Below, one piece after another: positions 12,331 to 25,159 of a DNA stretch of 55,016 nucleotides. Numbering within the stretch: the first letter of the stretch is position 1; every line of letters starts with the position of its first letter. The stretch is from Octopus bimaculoides. Taxonomy: Eukaryota. The notes beneath the pieces were generated by a model that was given only the letters and a program-made list of their open reading frames with translations, had not been told where the DNA came from and made no database searches. The stretch lies in assembly GCF_001194135.2 (NCBI RefSeq), contig NC_069001.1, positions 36,809,747-36,864,762 on the forward strand, read 5' to 3'. Made by a program: the position numbers and the translations under genes.

Positions 12331-12555
12331 CTTCTGGTATGTATATTGTATACAAGAGAATTATTGTTGTCTGGGTGGAGAGCCATATGAAAACAATACA
12401 GACCAGGATCCGTTTCTCATTGACATAGTTGTGGTATTTTAATGGGTGAACAACAGCTATGTATCGGATCACAGTGATGCAGACAAGATGGTAGGAAGAT
12501 CCCAAGTCCAAGGCAAGCACTTCAGTCAATAGAAACTGACAGAGGGACCAAGCTC
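12331..12555 (-). CDS. Class A GPCR coding exon 2 (ECL1-TM3-ICL2-TM4): (G)AWSLCQFLLTEVLALDLGSSYHLVCITVIRYIAVVHPLKYHNYVNEKRILVCIVFIWLSTQTTIILLYTIYIPE
   Basis: Acceptor ttccctctattgcag|GA and donor CCAGAAG|gtaagc, both phase 1; 225 nt. C3.25 lies exactly 25 residues before R3.50; HPLKY in ICL2; W4.50. Lies inside track ORF 12200..12682. Confidence 0.95.
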
Positions 12556-13157
12556 CTGCAATAGAGGGAATACAAAAACATATACATAAATATATTAATA
12601 TCACCTGATGAAATGGCGTGGTTGTGCAACAATGTACATTGCATTGTGCAACAAAGTACATTACATGGTGCTCCTTTGGCATGTGATCTACAACTTTAGG
12701 TTTCTTTTTAAATTATTTTGAACATACTTAGCATTGTAAATGTATTTTTCCAAAATTATTATTATTTTAATAATAAGAAAACCATATAATAATTTAAATA
12801 ATCACATAGATCACCCACCAAAGTAAATTTGCTCACAGAGATCACATGGAAAGTGGTACTAGCACAAAGTTAGAGGGGACATTCTCATTTTTCCCCCCAA
12901 ATCCAATCGTTTTTGAAAAGAAAATGGGCACATTGGATGGCATGGTCCAGTATAGCCTTGAAAAGGCAGGATGGCCATGATTGGAATGACCTTGGTCGCA
13001 GGTGAACATAGAATTAGGGTCCGGGCTAAACAATAACAACAAATTACCTTAATTACACATTAGACAATGTGGTCCTGGACAGACAACCTGAAAACAGGGT
13101 CAAAATGATTACAGCTTTGAACACAGGTATGCTTAATCAAGATTGACCCAGGGTTAA

Positions 13158-13174
13158 ACAACAACAACAAAAGC

Positions 13175-13208
<34 letters not shown>

Positions 13209-13226
13209 GCAATAATGATAATAATG
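13158..13226 (+). repeat. (CAA)n microsatellite
   Basis: Direct reading. Confidence 0.95.
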
Positions 13227-13854
13227 GAACATATCAGGATGCATAAATGTGTTGGTTCGGCTGGGAAAGACATGAGCTGTTCTTATATGATAAATAGTTG
13301 CAGGAAAATTAACAGCAAACGATGATAAGCTCTTCATCAAAATATCGTTTAACAGATATTTTCAGCCACATAATAGATCATTACTGTTTTAGGGGATGGG
13401 TGGAGAGACAGACAGACAGAGTCAGAGAGAGTGGTGGAGAGAGTAAGGGGGAGAGGAAAACACTCTAATGCTAATAAAATGAAAAATAATTTAAGAGAAG
13501 CCTAGCAGAAGGTGAAAAAAAGAAAGAAAAAAAAATAAGAAAAAAGAAAGAGAAAGCTATAAGTCACTTGAAATGAAAACAATGAATAAATAATAAAGAA
13601 ATATAGAAAACACCTCCACAGGGCCATTTTAACTGTGATTTGAGCCCTCAATATACAGGTCGTTTATTATTTGTGTGCAGAGTGGCAGTTTCTATATAAA
13701 CACATGATAAGTTATTGAAGTGCGACAGCAGCTGATTGTCTCCACTTGAAATGTTTCTTCCTGTGTTTAAAGATGAAATTTCACATCTGTCTCTTATATG
13801 ACCAGGGCCACTTGTCACTGAATAAAGACAACCTTGGTCGCATGAGGTAATAAA

Positions 13855-14025
13855 AATGTACAACTTTGATTTGTTGTAGAGAAACTAAAGTAATTCTAGC
13901 GATATTTTGTATTGTTTTCAAGAATGAAGATGTGTTCTACAGCAACAACCAAACAATCGATTCATTTATTATTGAAGTACCATTGAGCATGAGTATTTCC
14001 ACACTAGGAATTGCCCTCTCAGAGA
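13855..14025 (+). repeat. ~170-bp dispersed repeat; second copy at ~15043-15215
   Basis: Shared actttgat-t..tagagaaactaaagt.attct.g.gatattttgtat...aagaatga.gat...gcaacaac...ttccacacta.gaattgc.ct. Confidence 0.75.
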
Positions 14026-14799
14026 AAAAAAAAAAAACAATGATACATAGAAATTAACTTTAACTCATTAGCTTTTAAACCAGTCATATCCAGCCAAAAA
14101 ATTCTGCCTGTTTTATTATGTTTAATTCTGTCATGCTCAGCACTGGATTAACCATTAAGTAAAATAAGCATGTGCTTAGGGCATCAAAGGAAGGAGAGAG
14201 GGGGGGGGGCACCACAGAAATGTTAAATGGTTTACGGCACAAAAGAAATCACTTTAAACTTGCTAAAATAATAACCAGGATGCCTTTATCTCTATGAAGT
14301 ATAGACGCAGATGTGTTACATAAGATTAATTTTGAGGGTCTGATCAAAGACTTTGCAATTCAAAAAAGTAGGAGGAAACTTCAAATACAAATAAAATGGA
14401 AGTAAACAAAAATAAACATTATTTTCCCTCTTATTGTTTTGTTTCGTTTTGAAAAATAAAAATTTATTTTATGGTTTGCTATTGTTTCTATTTTGAATTA
14501 CATAATCTTTTATGGGGGCACCAAAATCTTTTAAGTGTTTAGGGCCTTGATGGGTCTTCCTCTGGCCCTGGTCATGCTGTATTCCTAGCAGGAATAGGTA
14601 ACAAACCATCTTCTGCTGGATTCCCTGTAAAGCAGTAATGAGTGATACACATAGAAAAAGATGATGAACTGATTCTGTCAATTAGTTTGCTCCCAATTGT
14701 TATTCTTGAGCTCTATATGCAACTATTTAATTTTCTGCTCAGGAGCCCAGTGGGAGGATAAAGTTAGACACAGGGGCCCAGATCTGAAAGAGTGAAATT

Positions 14800-14954
14800 G
14801 GCCAGATTCAGCCTCTCACAGCTACCTTACTATGTCATTCTAAAAGCAGACAATCACATCAGAGAAAACTCAAAGCTGAGAGATAATGCTTGATTAATTC
14901 AAAACGTGAATAAATAAGCATTACATTTGACAGAGTAATCGGAATGCTAAAGGG
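14800..14954 (-). mobile_element. piggyBac-like MITE end (homolog at ~49084-49215 on +)
   Basis: Ends ...GAATGCTAAAGGG|tcaa, i.e. a CCCTTT terminus at a degenerate TTAA. Its reverse complement aligns by eye to 49084-49215. Confidence 0.5.
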
Positions 14955-15328
14955 TCAAACTAGTATATCTTATTTTTTTAGCCAAGAGAGAAGACAGTGT
15001 GTATGATTTATTACCAGGCTTCTGTGACTGGAATGATGCAATAAAATGTCCGACTTTGATTAGTTTTAGAGAAACTAAAGTTATTCTGGTGGATATTTTG
15101 TATCCGTTTAAAGAATGAGGATTTGTTATATGGCAACAACTAAAGTATTGTTTTATGTAGCATTGCAGTTCCATTGGGAACAAGAACTTCCACACTAAGA
15201 ATTGCTCTTTGAAGACAGTTCTACTCATCCATCACTTCAAGCAGCTCACCCAGACCAAAACAATTCATTCTCTCCAAGCGTTCCTGTCTTCCACAACATA
15301 AATACACCAACACCAGTCGTCAAGAGGT

Positions 15329-15362
<34 letters not shown>

Positions 15363-15410
15363 ACACACACATACACGTACATACATACATACATACATAT
15401 ATATATGATT

Positions 15411-15617
15411 AAGGCGATGAGCTAGCAGAATCGTTAGCACGCCGGGTAAAATGCTTAGCGGTATTTCGTCTGTCTTTACATTCTGAGTTCAAATTCCACC
15501 GAGGTCAACTTTGCCTTTCATCCTTTCAGGGTCGATAAATTAAGTACCAGTTGCATACTGGGGTTGATCTAATCGACAGGCCCCCACCCCAAAAATTTCG
15601 AGGCTTGTGCATAGGGT
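15411..15617 (+). mobile_element. tRNA-derived SINE (family A), near full length
   Basis: A-box-like TAGCAGAATCGTTAG and B-box GAGTTCAAATTCC; body gaggtcaactttgcctttcatcctttc.gggtcgataaattaagtaccag. Confidence 0.88.
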
Positions 15618-15753
15618 NNNNNNNNNNNNNNNNNNNNNNNNNNNNNNNNNNNNNNNNNNNNNNNNNNNNNNNNNNNNNNNNNNNNNNNNNNNNNNNNNNN
15701 NNNNNNNNNNNNNNNNNNNNNNNNNNNNNNNNNNNNNNNNNNNNNNNNNNNNN

Positions 15754-15796
<43 letters not shown>

Positions 15797-15799
<3 letters not shown>

Positions 15800-15950
15800 A
15801 TGATCTTTCAGTTTCCATCTACCAAATCCACTCACAAGGCTTTGGTTGATCCAAGGCTAATATTAGAAGACACTTGCCCAAGGTGCCATGCAGTGGGACT
15901 GAGCCTGGAACCATGTGGTTGGCAAGCAAACTTCTTATCACACAGCCATG
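15797..15950 (-). mobile_element. tRNA-derived SINE (family C, CORE-like ccttgggcaag)
   Basis: ctttcagtttccatctaccaaatccactcacaaggctttgg...gacacttgcccaaggtgccatgcagtgggactgagcc. Copies also near 20150, 22405, 25520, 26280, 38595 and 39215. Confidence 0.85.
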
Positions 15951-16229
15951 TCTTTGGTTTCCCAAATCCCAAGTATTGGTGCTAAACCAGGAAATGAATT
16001 AAGCCCGTTAATCTAAGTAGACCACAGAAGGATTAGAATTCAGAATGCAAAGAGCCAGAATAAATACCACAAGGCACCTGATCCAATGTTCTTACAGTTT
16101 CACCATCCCCCTTCCCACCCCATGGTGGCATTTTGTTTTATCAACTTTGAAAGGATGAAGGCACAAAGCCTGGAAACACTTCTGACTGGATCTCCTGCTA
16201 CACCTCTACAAACCCTAGAAAACATTCAC

Positions 16230-16414
16230 ATTGGAGTATCACTCACATTCAAGTACCACTCACACAGAAATGATATTCATACTAGAGTACAACTCACACT
16301 GGAGTAATGCTCCCACTGAAGACTTCTCACAGTGGAGTATCACTCACATTGAAGACTACTCCTAATGGAGTATCACTCACACTGAAGTGCTACTCCAACT
16401 GGAGTGTTACTCAC
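16230..16414 (+). repeat. 17-bp minisatellite, 11 units, consensus ACTGGAGTATCACTCAC
   Basis: Segmented by hand into nine 17-mers and two 16-mers, totalling 185 nt. Confidence 0.85.
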
Positions 16415-18734
16415 CTCTATGAAACAGTGCTGCTGTTACAATCATCAACATCCAAATCCAAGACTGAATCTAAATGACGCCTATTGAAGTAATTAGAAAC
16501 AATCTAATCCTCAACAGACCTCAATCGCTGACAACCACTAACAACAACAATAGCCTCTGCTGCTCTGAACTATCAACTCTCTACTTTTCTTCTTCCAAGC
16601 CCCAGTCACCCATCCAGTTCACATCTCTCTCTCTCTCTCTCTTGTCATTCACAGTGCATCACATCTCTTCTTACTTGGTCATGTCATTGTCTAAGATAAC
16701 ACTCATTAAACAGACAAAGTAATTAGAGAGACAAAAGTACACTTCTACAATTTCCAATTACTTCAAGAAACAATTAGAATCTCATGAGAATTATAGACAT
16801 AGTTCCTTCGATACATATCAAGTTGCAATTTTCTTTCAAACTCTCCAGGCATTTTACATAGTGTATCAATATGGTGATGGAATCTCTAGCAAGATATCCG
16901 CATTTTTATCAATTCCAGACTTTGATACTTAGAAGACATTTAATACTTTTGGAAGTAAACCAATTACAAGACAAATGTTGAGTGTGTTTTGAATTGGAAT
17001 TTAGACAAAGTTGGAATTTAGAATGAAATATATCATTTCAAGAACAGTAGTTTATTTAGATTCATCAAAATCACTGGAATTCTTCTGATCACAAATAGTT
17101 CTTCTGTTTCAGAATTTATCTCACCAATTCTCACCCCAACCTCTACCACACACACACACACACACACACATACACATAAATAGTAAATTCAAACAGTAAA
17201 ATCTATTCGCCAACAGAATGTGGCAGTCCTACACAGGATGATGTTACTACTGTTTAACCCCAGGAAAACATCTTTTCCAGCTGCCTACCGACACACAATT
17301 TGTGTCCATATACAGACACAAACTGTATATGGGGTTTGTGAAGGAAGGGAAAAGTAAGAAGAAAAAAGTTTGAGAGGGTGGGGGAGGTAAAGGAGTCATG
17401 GCTTTTGTATCAGTGTGGTCAGACTTAAGATTAAATTTTATTTTTATACATAACAATATTGTTTATAAACAATCACCCATAGTACCCCAAGATAAAATTT
17501 CCTCTGTATTAACATCCTAGGTTTTATTAGTGTCTTGCCCCTTTAACTGGTAATTAACATCATGATTTAGAGTCTTCCCCTACCCAGCCTCTTTTTATAA
17601 ACAGTTACTCTATATCCAATTTACTACTCCTAATGTCTTCTTCCCTCCCTGAAGAAAAGGGATACGTATGACAATATTTATGATCATACCTAGCCATGAG
17701 CTGTCAGCTCACTCTTGCCCTTTATTCTAAACAGACACAGTCCTAGTCTTAGATTTAGTAGTTGATAAAAAGACAAATAAATTGGAAATGAACTACAATC
17801 CTTTACAAGCTATGACCCCAGTGGGCTTCATGCGTTTCTTGGAAGTGTAGTCTATTCTTAGCTACAATAGTGACAACATGAATCTCTTCCATCTTCTTGC
17901 TCTGTTAAAGCATTTGAGAAAAATTATATTAATGTGTCCAACTGGTTAAAATTCTATTTATTTGTGCAGCAGAAGATGGCACTGCATCTAAATTGATGTA
18001 ATGACTGCATTGTTCAATTAAAAGGAGACGCTTGAAACTGTTGTACTGCATCACTTATTTTGATTTTATTCACCTTACTTCGAGCTGTGTGGATAATACC
18101 GGACTAACTTGGTGCTTCAACTTAAGTACCTAATTCAACTAAATCTCAAGTATATNNNNNNNNNNNNNNNNNNNNNNNNNNNNNNNNNNNNNNATATATA
18201 TATATATATATACGATGGACTTCTTTCAGTTTCCATCTTTGTGGAGACTTTTGTAATCCATGACCAACTTGCGTGGCATAAATAAAACCATACTTAAATG
18301 TTCACAAGGTGTCGATAAATCATTCACAGACACCCTCAACAAACACCGACCAGCAACACATATCTGGCCATAGAGAAAGGTTACCTTACTTCAGCTACCC
18401 CCCACCTCTCCTTCCCCCTCAACCAGCATTGAATATATGTGTGATTTCTATGTTTCCTAGATATACCAGGCATCAATAAATTTTGCATCCAGAATTCTAA
18501 AAACTGTCAAATGTTCCATAAGCAGAGTCAGAAAATGGTTAAGTGAGACTGCACAGTTTTGCTATTAATCATACAGTAGAATATGACACCAATTATTGAT
18601 ACAATATTGAGTATACCATGGACAAAAGAATGTGTGTGTGTGTTTGCAGAGGTTACCTAATGAATAATGGCTGAACGGAAGTGGGTGAAAGCAAGTGTTT
18701 TCTAGGAGAGGCGATGGGGTATGTAGTGGTTAAT

Positions 18735-19400
18735 GTCACTAACTGGGTGTGAGAGTGACAAGTGCGGCTGAGCAGTTGTGTGTGAGTGTAGAAGTGAGTG
18801 AGTGTGGTAAGAGTGAAGTGTGAGTGCATGTAAGGTGAGTGAGTGTGGTGAGAGTGGAGAGTGTGTGGGGTGGAGAGTGGAAGGTGAGTGTGTGGGGTGG
18901 AGAGTGGAAGGTGAGTGTGTGTAGGAGTGATGAGTNNNNNNNNNNNNNNNNNNNNNNNNNNNNNNNNNNNNNNNNNNNNNNNNNNNNNNNNNNNNNNNNN
19001 NNNNNNNNNNNNNNNNNNGTGTGGTGAGAGTGGAGAGTGTGTGGGGTGGAGAGTGGAAGGTGAGTGTGTGGGGTGGAGAGTGGAAGGTGAGTGTGTGTAG
19101 GAGTGATGAGTGAGTGTGTATGTAGGAGTGAAGGTGTGTGAGTAAGAGTGGGGTGTGAATGTATGAACGAAGAGTTAGAAAAGAGATTGAGTGTGAGTTG
19201 GAGTGAAGTGAGTGTATCTAAGAGTGTGAATGAAGTGTGAGTGCAAGTAAGAAAGGAAAGTGAAAGTAGACAGTAAATGAATGAATCAATGCAGTGAGAG
19301 TGGATATAGTAGAGAGTGGAGAGTGGATGTAAGTAAAGGCGGGTGTGAGTGTAGTAAGAGTAGAGAGTGAGAGAGAGAAACTGTTTGAGTAAGTGTGAAG
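18735..19400 (+). repeat. GAGT/GT-rich degenerate repeat with ~23-bp subunits (gtgtgtggggtggagagtggaag)
   Basis: Direct reading; interrupted by an N gap. Confidence 0.85.
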
Positions 19401-19964
19401 GAGGTAGAAGTGGTGGTTGCAATACGAGCATTATTGACACAATATAACATAAAAGCATGGCAGTGAGATCTGTTCTTCTGTTGACATATTAAGATGGGGA
19501 CGATAACCAACACACTAGCATAGCAGGATGCCTGCGATGTTGATACGAGAGGATGTCAATCTAACAGGCTAAGACAATAAACAACTCTTTTTAGGTGTCA
19601 ACGAGATATCATAGATGTGGGGATAAGATGCAGGGGGGTAAGGATGTCTAGTTGTTTAACAGTGAGTAGCGTAGAGGAGGTAAAAGGAAACCAAGTCAAC
19701 CGTTGACGCCATGGAGAGCAACTGTTCCAAAGCAAAAAAAAATCAACTGTTGTTTATGATAGAGAGCCAGGAAGTGAGTGGTCTGTTGGGGGTTGTTAGG
19801 GCCCCCACTCTCTGCAAAAGTTGAGATGAAAGCAAGAGTGTCCAGGAGAACTGAAGTGGCTGACGACAGGTTTAAGTAATCCAGCAAATGCTCTCTGAAG
19901 GTCTCAGTTTACTTCTGATTGGTTTCTTCTCGCTTTAATCTCTTTAATCTCTTTAATCTCTTAC

Positions 19965-20140
19965 CTCTTTCAGTCATTAGACTGTGGCCATGCTGGGGCA
20001 CTGCCTTGAAGAAATCAACCCCCAGAACTTATTTAGCTTGTTACTTATTCTATCGGTTTCCTTTGCCAAACCGCTAAGTTATGAGGATGTAAATACACCA
20101 ACACCACTTGTCAAGCAGTGGTGAGGGACAAACACACACA
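19965..20140 (-). mobile_element. SINE family D with a LINE-like 3' tail
   Basis: ttcagtcattagactgtggccatgctggggcac...gccaaaccgctaagtt...gatgtaaatacaccaacacc; matches 28875-29070. Confidence 0.75.
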
Positions 20141-21099
20141 TAAATATATGATAGGCTTCTTTCAGTTTCTGTCTACTAAATCTACTCACAAGGCTTTGGT
20201 CAGCCTGAGGCTATAACAGAAGACACTTGTCCATCCATTAAATATTTCTCATTGTTAATATATTTATCCTACACAGAGTACTGCATACATAACAATGCCA
20301 TGGGGTTAACGCATCAGGTCGAGAATAATTTATGGTAGCCAGCAACAAGTAGTATGGGAGCTTTTATGAGTTCATTGGTAGGCATTTGCCATATACAAAA
20401 TACAAAGATACACACATGTATGTATGTGTGAGTATAAATGTGTGTGTGTGTTTCTCCTTATCCTGACATCATGTGACAGTCGTAAATGAATGTCACTGTC
20501 ATATAAGCAGTGTCATTCATTTCTAATATTCTACAAAAAACTTGTATGAAAGAAATATCACCCTGCTTGAACAGGGTTTTGGGTTGATGACAGGAAGGGC
20601 ATCAGGCTGTAGGAGATCTCTCCCAATAAACTCAGGCAAGCATCATGGAAAAGTGATGATGATTGATATATATATTACCATACTGCTGCCGATCAATCAA
20701 ATATAAGTTGATCTCCATCAGATATAACTTGTCATCTCCAACTTTGATACTTTATTTGTTATTCATTTCAACATGATTACTTTCCCACGGCTTTTTGCAT
20801 TTTGTTTCCATGAATCAATATTTTTTTTATATATATTTCCATATTTTTGTCTTAAACATTTGCTAAATTTTGACTTCTAGTTACAAGATTTTGATGCTTT
20901 GATCTAAAATTCAAGTTATTAATCCAGATTATTAGATATCCTATGTCAATGTAACTACAAGCGTCAGCCACTCTATGAAAGCATCATCTTTCTTGATAAT
21001 CCTGCTATAACAAGGAATTCTGTAATGCAAAACTTGTTTTCTCCATTGACTTCCCTATTGTAAACTGAGATAATTTCTGGCAGAATTTTTTAAATATAT

Positions 21100-21460
21100 C
21101 ATCATCATCATCAACATCATCATCAACATCATCATCATTTAACGTCTATCGTCCATTCTGGCATGGCTTGGACAGTTTGACAGGAGCTGGTAAGCCAGAG
21201 GGCTGCACCAAGTTCCACTGTTTGATCTAGCATGGTTTTTACAGATGAGTGCCCTTCATATTGCCAACCACTTTACTGAGTGGAATGGGTGCTTTTTTTT
21301 TAAGTGGCACCAGCACTGGTGAGATCTATTTTGGCATGGTTCTTGGTTTTATGGCTGGGTGCACCTCCTAATGCTAACCACTTTACAGAGTGTGGGCTGG
21401 GTGCTTTTTACATGGCACCAGCACCAGTGAGGTCACCAAGTAGCTTGCAAGACAAAAGAC
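21100..21460 (-). mobile_element. Family B retroposon copy
   Basis: (CAT)n tail on the + strand, then ttaacgtc...catggcttggacagtttgac...gcccttc...gccaaccacttt, with an internal duplication. Confidence 0.8.
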
Positions 21461-21789
21461 CCCCTTCAAATGAGAAGGGGAGTTGATGTTGAGGGATGTG
21501 GCTTTGTGCCAAGTGATGAGAAGTTAAACCATGACAGTTGGAATAGACGCAGGTGTCTTACTGCCGAGGAGATACATAACTACCCCAGTTGGGGAGATGG
21601 AGAAAGAAAGATATACAAATACTGAGATTTTAGGTTTTAGAACGGTTAACATTTACCCAAGTTTCTGTAAATGTACAAGGACAGGTCATATCCCAGTATT
21701 AAATCCATAATCAGTTTCTATAATGCAGCTTATGCCAGTGTTTGCATGCATGGGTTGTGTGTCTATATATGTATAGAATGAAGATGGGG

Positions 21790-22190
21790 AAGATATGCAG
21801 TGATAAACATCCAATACCAAAATTTGGCATTGAAAGTTACAGAAACAACAGAACAGGTTGCCACTGCATAATGCCAAAGGCCCCAATATTACCATCTGGG
21901 TACAGGACCAGATAGAGCAACAGATTGGGTTTCAAAGGTCCACAGTCTTTGAAAGGGACACAGGCTTTAATATCATCCCAAAAAGTCTGCAAGTGGATGT
22001 AGGTGTCTTCAAAACAGAACTGGATCTCCTCCTGTCAAAAGTTCCAGATGAATCCATCTTGTGGTAGGAAAGACAGGTAAAGGCAACAACATCAGACTCC
22101 CTCATTCATCGAATACCCATTATCAGAGGAGGTTTTAAGTAGTGAAAGTATAGCAAAGCTAACAAAGGTGCCCCAGCATGACCACAGCTC
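21790..22190 (+). mobile_element. Decayed CR1/L2-like LINE 3' end (RT C-terminus plus 3' UTR)
   Basis: Broken frames give PKFGIESYRNNRTGCHCIMPK...RLGFKGPQ..FNIIPKSL..DVGVFKTELDLLLSKVPDE, followed by ggtgccccagcatgaccacagctc. Confidence 0.75.
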
Positions 22191-22974
22191 TCTCCCAAGA
22201 GGGGCAAGACAGTTATATGTAGCTACATAGATATTGTTACATACAAATAGTTTTATAGACACATAAGTAAAACTATGTCTGTGTAACTATGTTAAATATT
22301 CCTACGGAACTGTTTCTTTATAACTTTTGCTGAATTGCTATGTTATGGGGACATAAGCAAACCAACATTGGTTGTCAAGTGGTGGTGGGACACATTTACA
22401 CACACACAAATGTACGATGGGCTTCTTTTAGTTTCTGTCAACCAAATCCACCCACAAAGCTATAGTAGAAAATACATGCGCAAGGTGCAACACAGTGGGA
22501 CTGAACCCAGAACCATTTGATTGGGAAGCAAGCTTCTTAACACACAGACATGCCCTCACCTATATATATATANNNNNNNNNNNNNNNNNNNNNNNNNNNN
22601 NNNNNNNNNNNNNNNNNNNNNNNNNNNNNNNNNNNNNNNNNNNNNNNNNNNNNNNNNNNNNNNNNNNNNNNNNNNNNNNNNNNNNNNNNNNNNNNNNNNN
22701 NNNNNNNNNNNNNNNNNNNNNNNNNNNNNNNNNNNNNNNNNNNNNNNNNNNNNNNNNNNNNNNNNNNNNNNNNNNNNNNNNNNNNNNNNNNNNNNNNNNN
22801 NNNNNNCACACACATACACATGCGTATATGTGTTTGTCTAGTCTTTAATTAAACTGATGATTGATGAATATTCTAGATTAAGAAAATATTCCAGAACCAA
22901 ACCAAACCAAATATCAATGTAAACAATTTCTCTATAAAAATAAAACACAGAAACAACAAAAAATGCATACACAG

Positions 22975-22998
22975 AGTCTCTCTCTCTCTCTCTCTCTC

Positions 22999-23041
<43 letters not shown>

Positions 23042-23185
23042 TACAGTCTCTCTTTTCCCACTTTCTGTCACAGTTTCTCTGTTACAGTCTCTCTGCTACA
23101 CTCTCTCTCTTTTCCCACTCACTCTCTTTTCCCACTCACTCTTTCTCCCTCCCTCTCTCTCTCTCTCACACACAGTCTCTCTCTT
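22975..23185 (+). repeat. (CT)n-rich microsatellite tract
   Basis: Direct reading. Confidence 0.9.
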
Positions 23186-23194
23186 TTCCCACTT

Positions 23195-23560
23195 CATCAT
23201 TTAATATTTTCCACCCGGGCATGGGTGGATGATTTGACAGCTGGCAAGGCTGGGAGCCATGCCAGACTCCAGTTGTCTGTGTTGGCATGGCTTCTACAAC
23301 TGGATGCCCTTCCTAATGACAACTACTTTACAGAGTGTATTGGGTGCTTTTCCCATGGCACCAGCACAAGTATCTTTTATGTGGCACCACCACCAGTGAT
23401 TTCTATGTGGCACCAGTGCCTTTTATGTGGCACCACCACCAGTGATTTCTATGTGGCACCAGTGCCTTTTATGTGGCACCAACACCAGTAATTTTCACAT
23501 GGCACCAGAGCTTTTTATGTGACACCATTACCAACAGAGTCACTAAGTACCTTGCAAGCA
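23195..23560 (-). mobile_element. Family B retroposon copy with expanded internal tttatgtggcacca subrepeats
   Basis: Family B motifs plus about 8 atgtggcacca-like units. Confidence 0.75.
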
Positions 23561-24084
23561 TCAGGCCCTAAAATCCAACTTCAAACCACTCCCCAACCAA
23601 GCCCCTAGTAGCATGGAAAAGAAAAAGAAAGCAAAAATAGGCATTAAACAAACAAACAATTTCACAAGCCCTGGGCCAACTCAAAGCTTTGATGAAAGAC
23701 CCTGACTACATGGGTGAGGGGGGGGGGGGTCCAAGACCAAAGCCCCATTATTACAAAGTAATCTTCTTAATCAGATGATTTCAAAACAAACTGCTTGACC
23801 ATGTGGCCATACCCGCCCTTGGTGGTTTTGTTTGTCAATTAACAGGTGTGATTCATTTTATTTTCAAGCATTTCTAAATCAAAATATTTGAATATTTATT
23901 GGAGATGAATTGGTTGAAGACTAAAGCTTCATATCTGCTTTAGAACAATTGTTATCCCTGAAGGAAGAAGATGTGTATGTTTAGTGTGTTCATCCATATC
24001 ACTTTAGTTGTGTATGAGGGTCTCCTTAATCATAGGGGTCTATGGGGGAGAAGATTTGAGCTTTATCGTAAGATTTTAAATATA

Positions 24085-24340
24085 CATCATTGATGAGAAT
24101 GATGACGATGGTGGAGATGGTGACAATGATGATGATGATGATGATAATGTTGGTGATGATGAAAGCAAGGACAATTATGGTGATAATGAGGATGATGGTG
24201 GTGGTGGTGACGATGTTGTTGGTGCTGATAATAATGATCATGATGGTGACGATGATGATGATGTTGGTGATGATGATGATGACAATGACGTAATGATATC
24301 TCTGTTAACAATGATGATGAGGAGGAGGAGGAGGAGGATA
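24085..24340 (+). repeat. (GAT)/(GGT)/(GAG) trinucleotide tract
   Basis: Direct reading; it explains the poly-Met/His/Ile ORFs. Confidence 0.9.
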
Positions 24341-24969
24341 AACATGAAATCTCATTCTCTGACCACCCCCACTCCACCCACCTTTCACTGCCTGATAATT
24401 GAATAGCTATTGATCTATATTGATTTCATATTACACAATACTCCACAAAGACCAAAACCAAAATAAATAAATAAATAAATAAAATCCCATGCCCACCCCA
24501 CAAGAAAAAAAACGAAAAGAAAACAATGAAAGTGTTTCAAAACAACAAACGAAAACAAAAGGAAAACACTTAAGGAAAACAATAATATTGACTCAAAGAT
24601 AATGGATTATTATTTTCTCCTTTTTTTTTTAACTCTAATCCGCCAAATCTCCTGCTAAGGAATACCCTGAGATAAACATGGAAGAATCCACACCTGGTTT
24701 TGATATTTGATATCCACAGCCTTTGATATTTAAACCACTTTGATATTGAAAGAAAGAAAGAAAGAAAGCAAGAAAGAAAGAAAGGGAGGGACTGGATTAT
24801 GGATATGACACAAGACAGAATTCAAAGAAATATTTTCAATGTTTATTCTATTAAAAAAAACAGAAAATGTTTATTTTGTCATTTATTCTAGTTTGAATTT
24901 ATTAATGAGATGCATAAAGCATTTTATTAGATGCATGATGATTTAAAATATCCTTTGAGCATACACACA

Positions 24970-25009
<40 letters not shown>

Positions 25010-25085
25010 TACAGGCACACAGATATGCACACATGTGTCTATGTGTGTGTTTGGTAGTAAAAACAGCGTAAATGGAACTCAAAGC

Positions 25086-25106
25086 ATCAACGAGTATGTG
25101 TGTGTG

Positions 25107-25159
<53 letters not shown>

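Noticed and set aside
12605-12660. CTGATGA as a second hammerhead core
   Set aside because: No stem II followed by GAAA downstream.
12200-12682. Track ORF taken as a complete 160-aa protein
   Set aside because: Only 12331-12555 is bounded by splice sites and GPCR-like; the flanks are intronic read-through. The same applies to track ORFs 28273..28761, 45415..45681 and 51205..51531.
15411-15520. SINE heads as functional tRNA genes (also 38595 and 44161)
   Set aside because: They have A/B boxes but no cloverleaf, and they continue into multi-copy SINE bodies.
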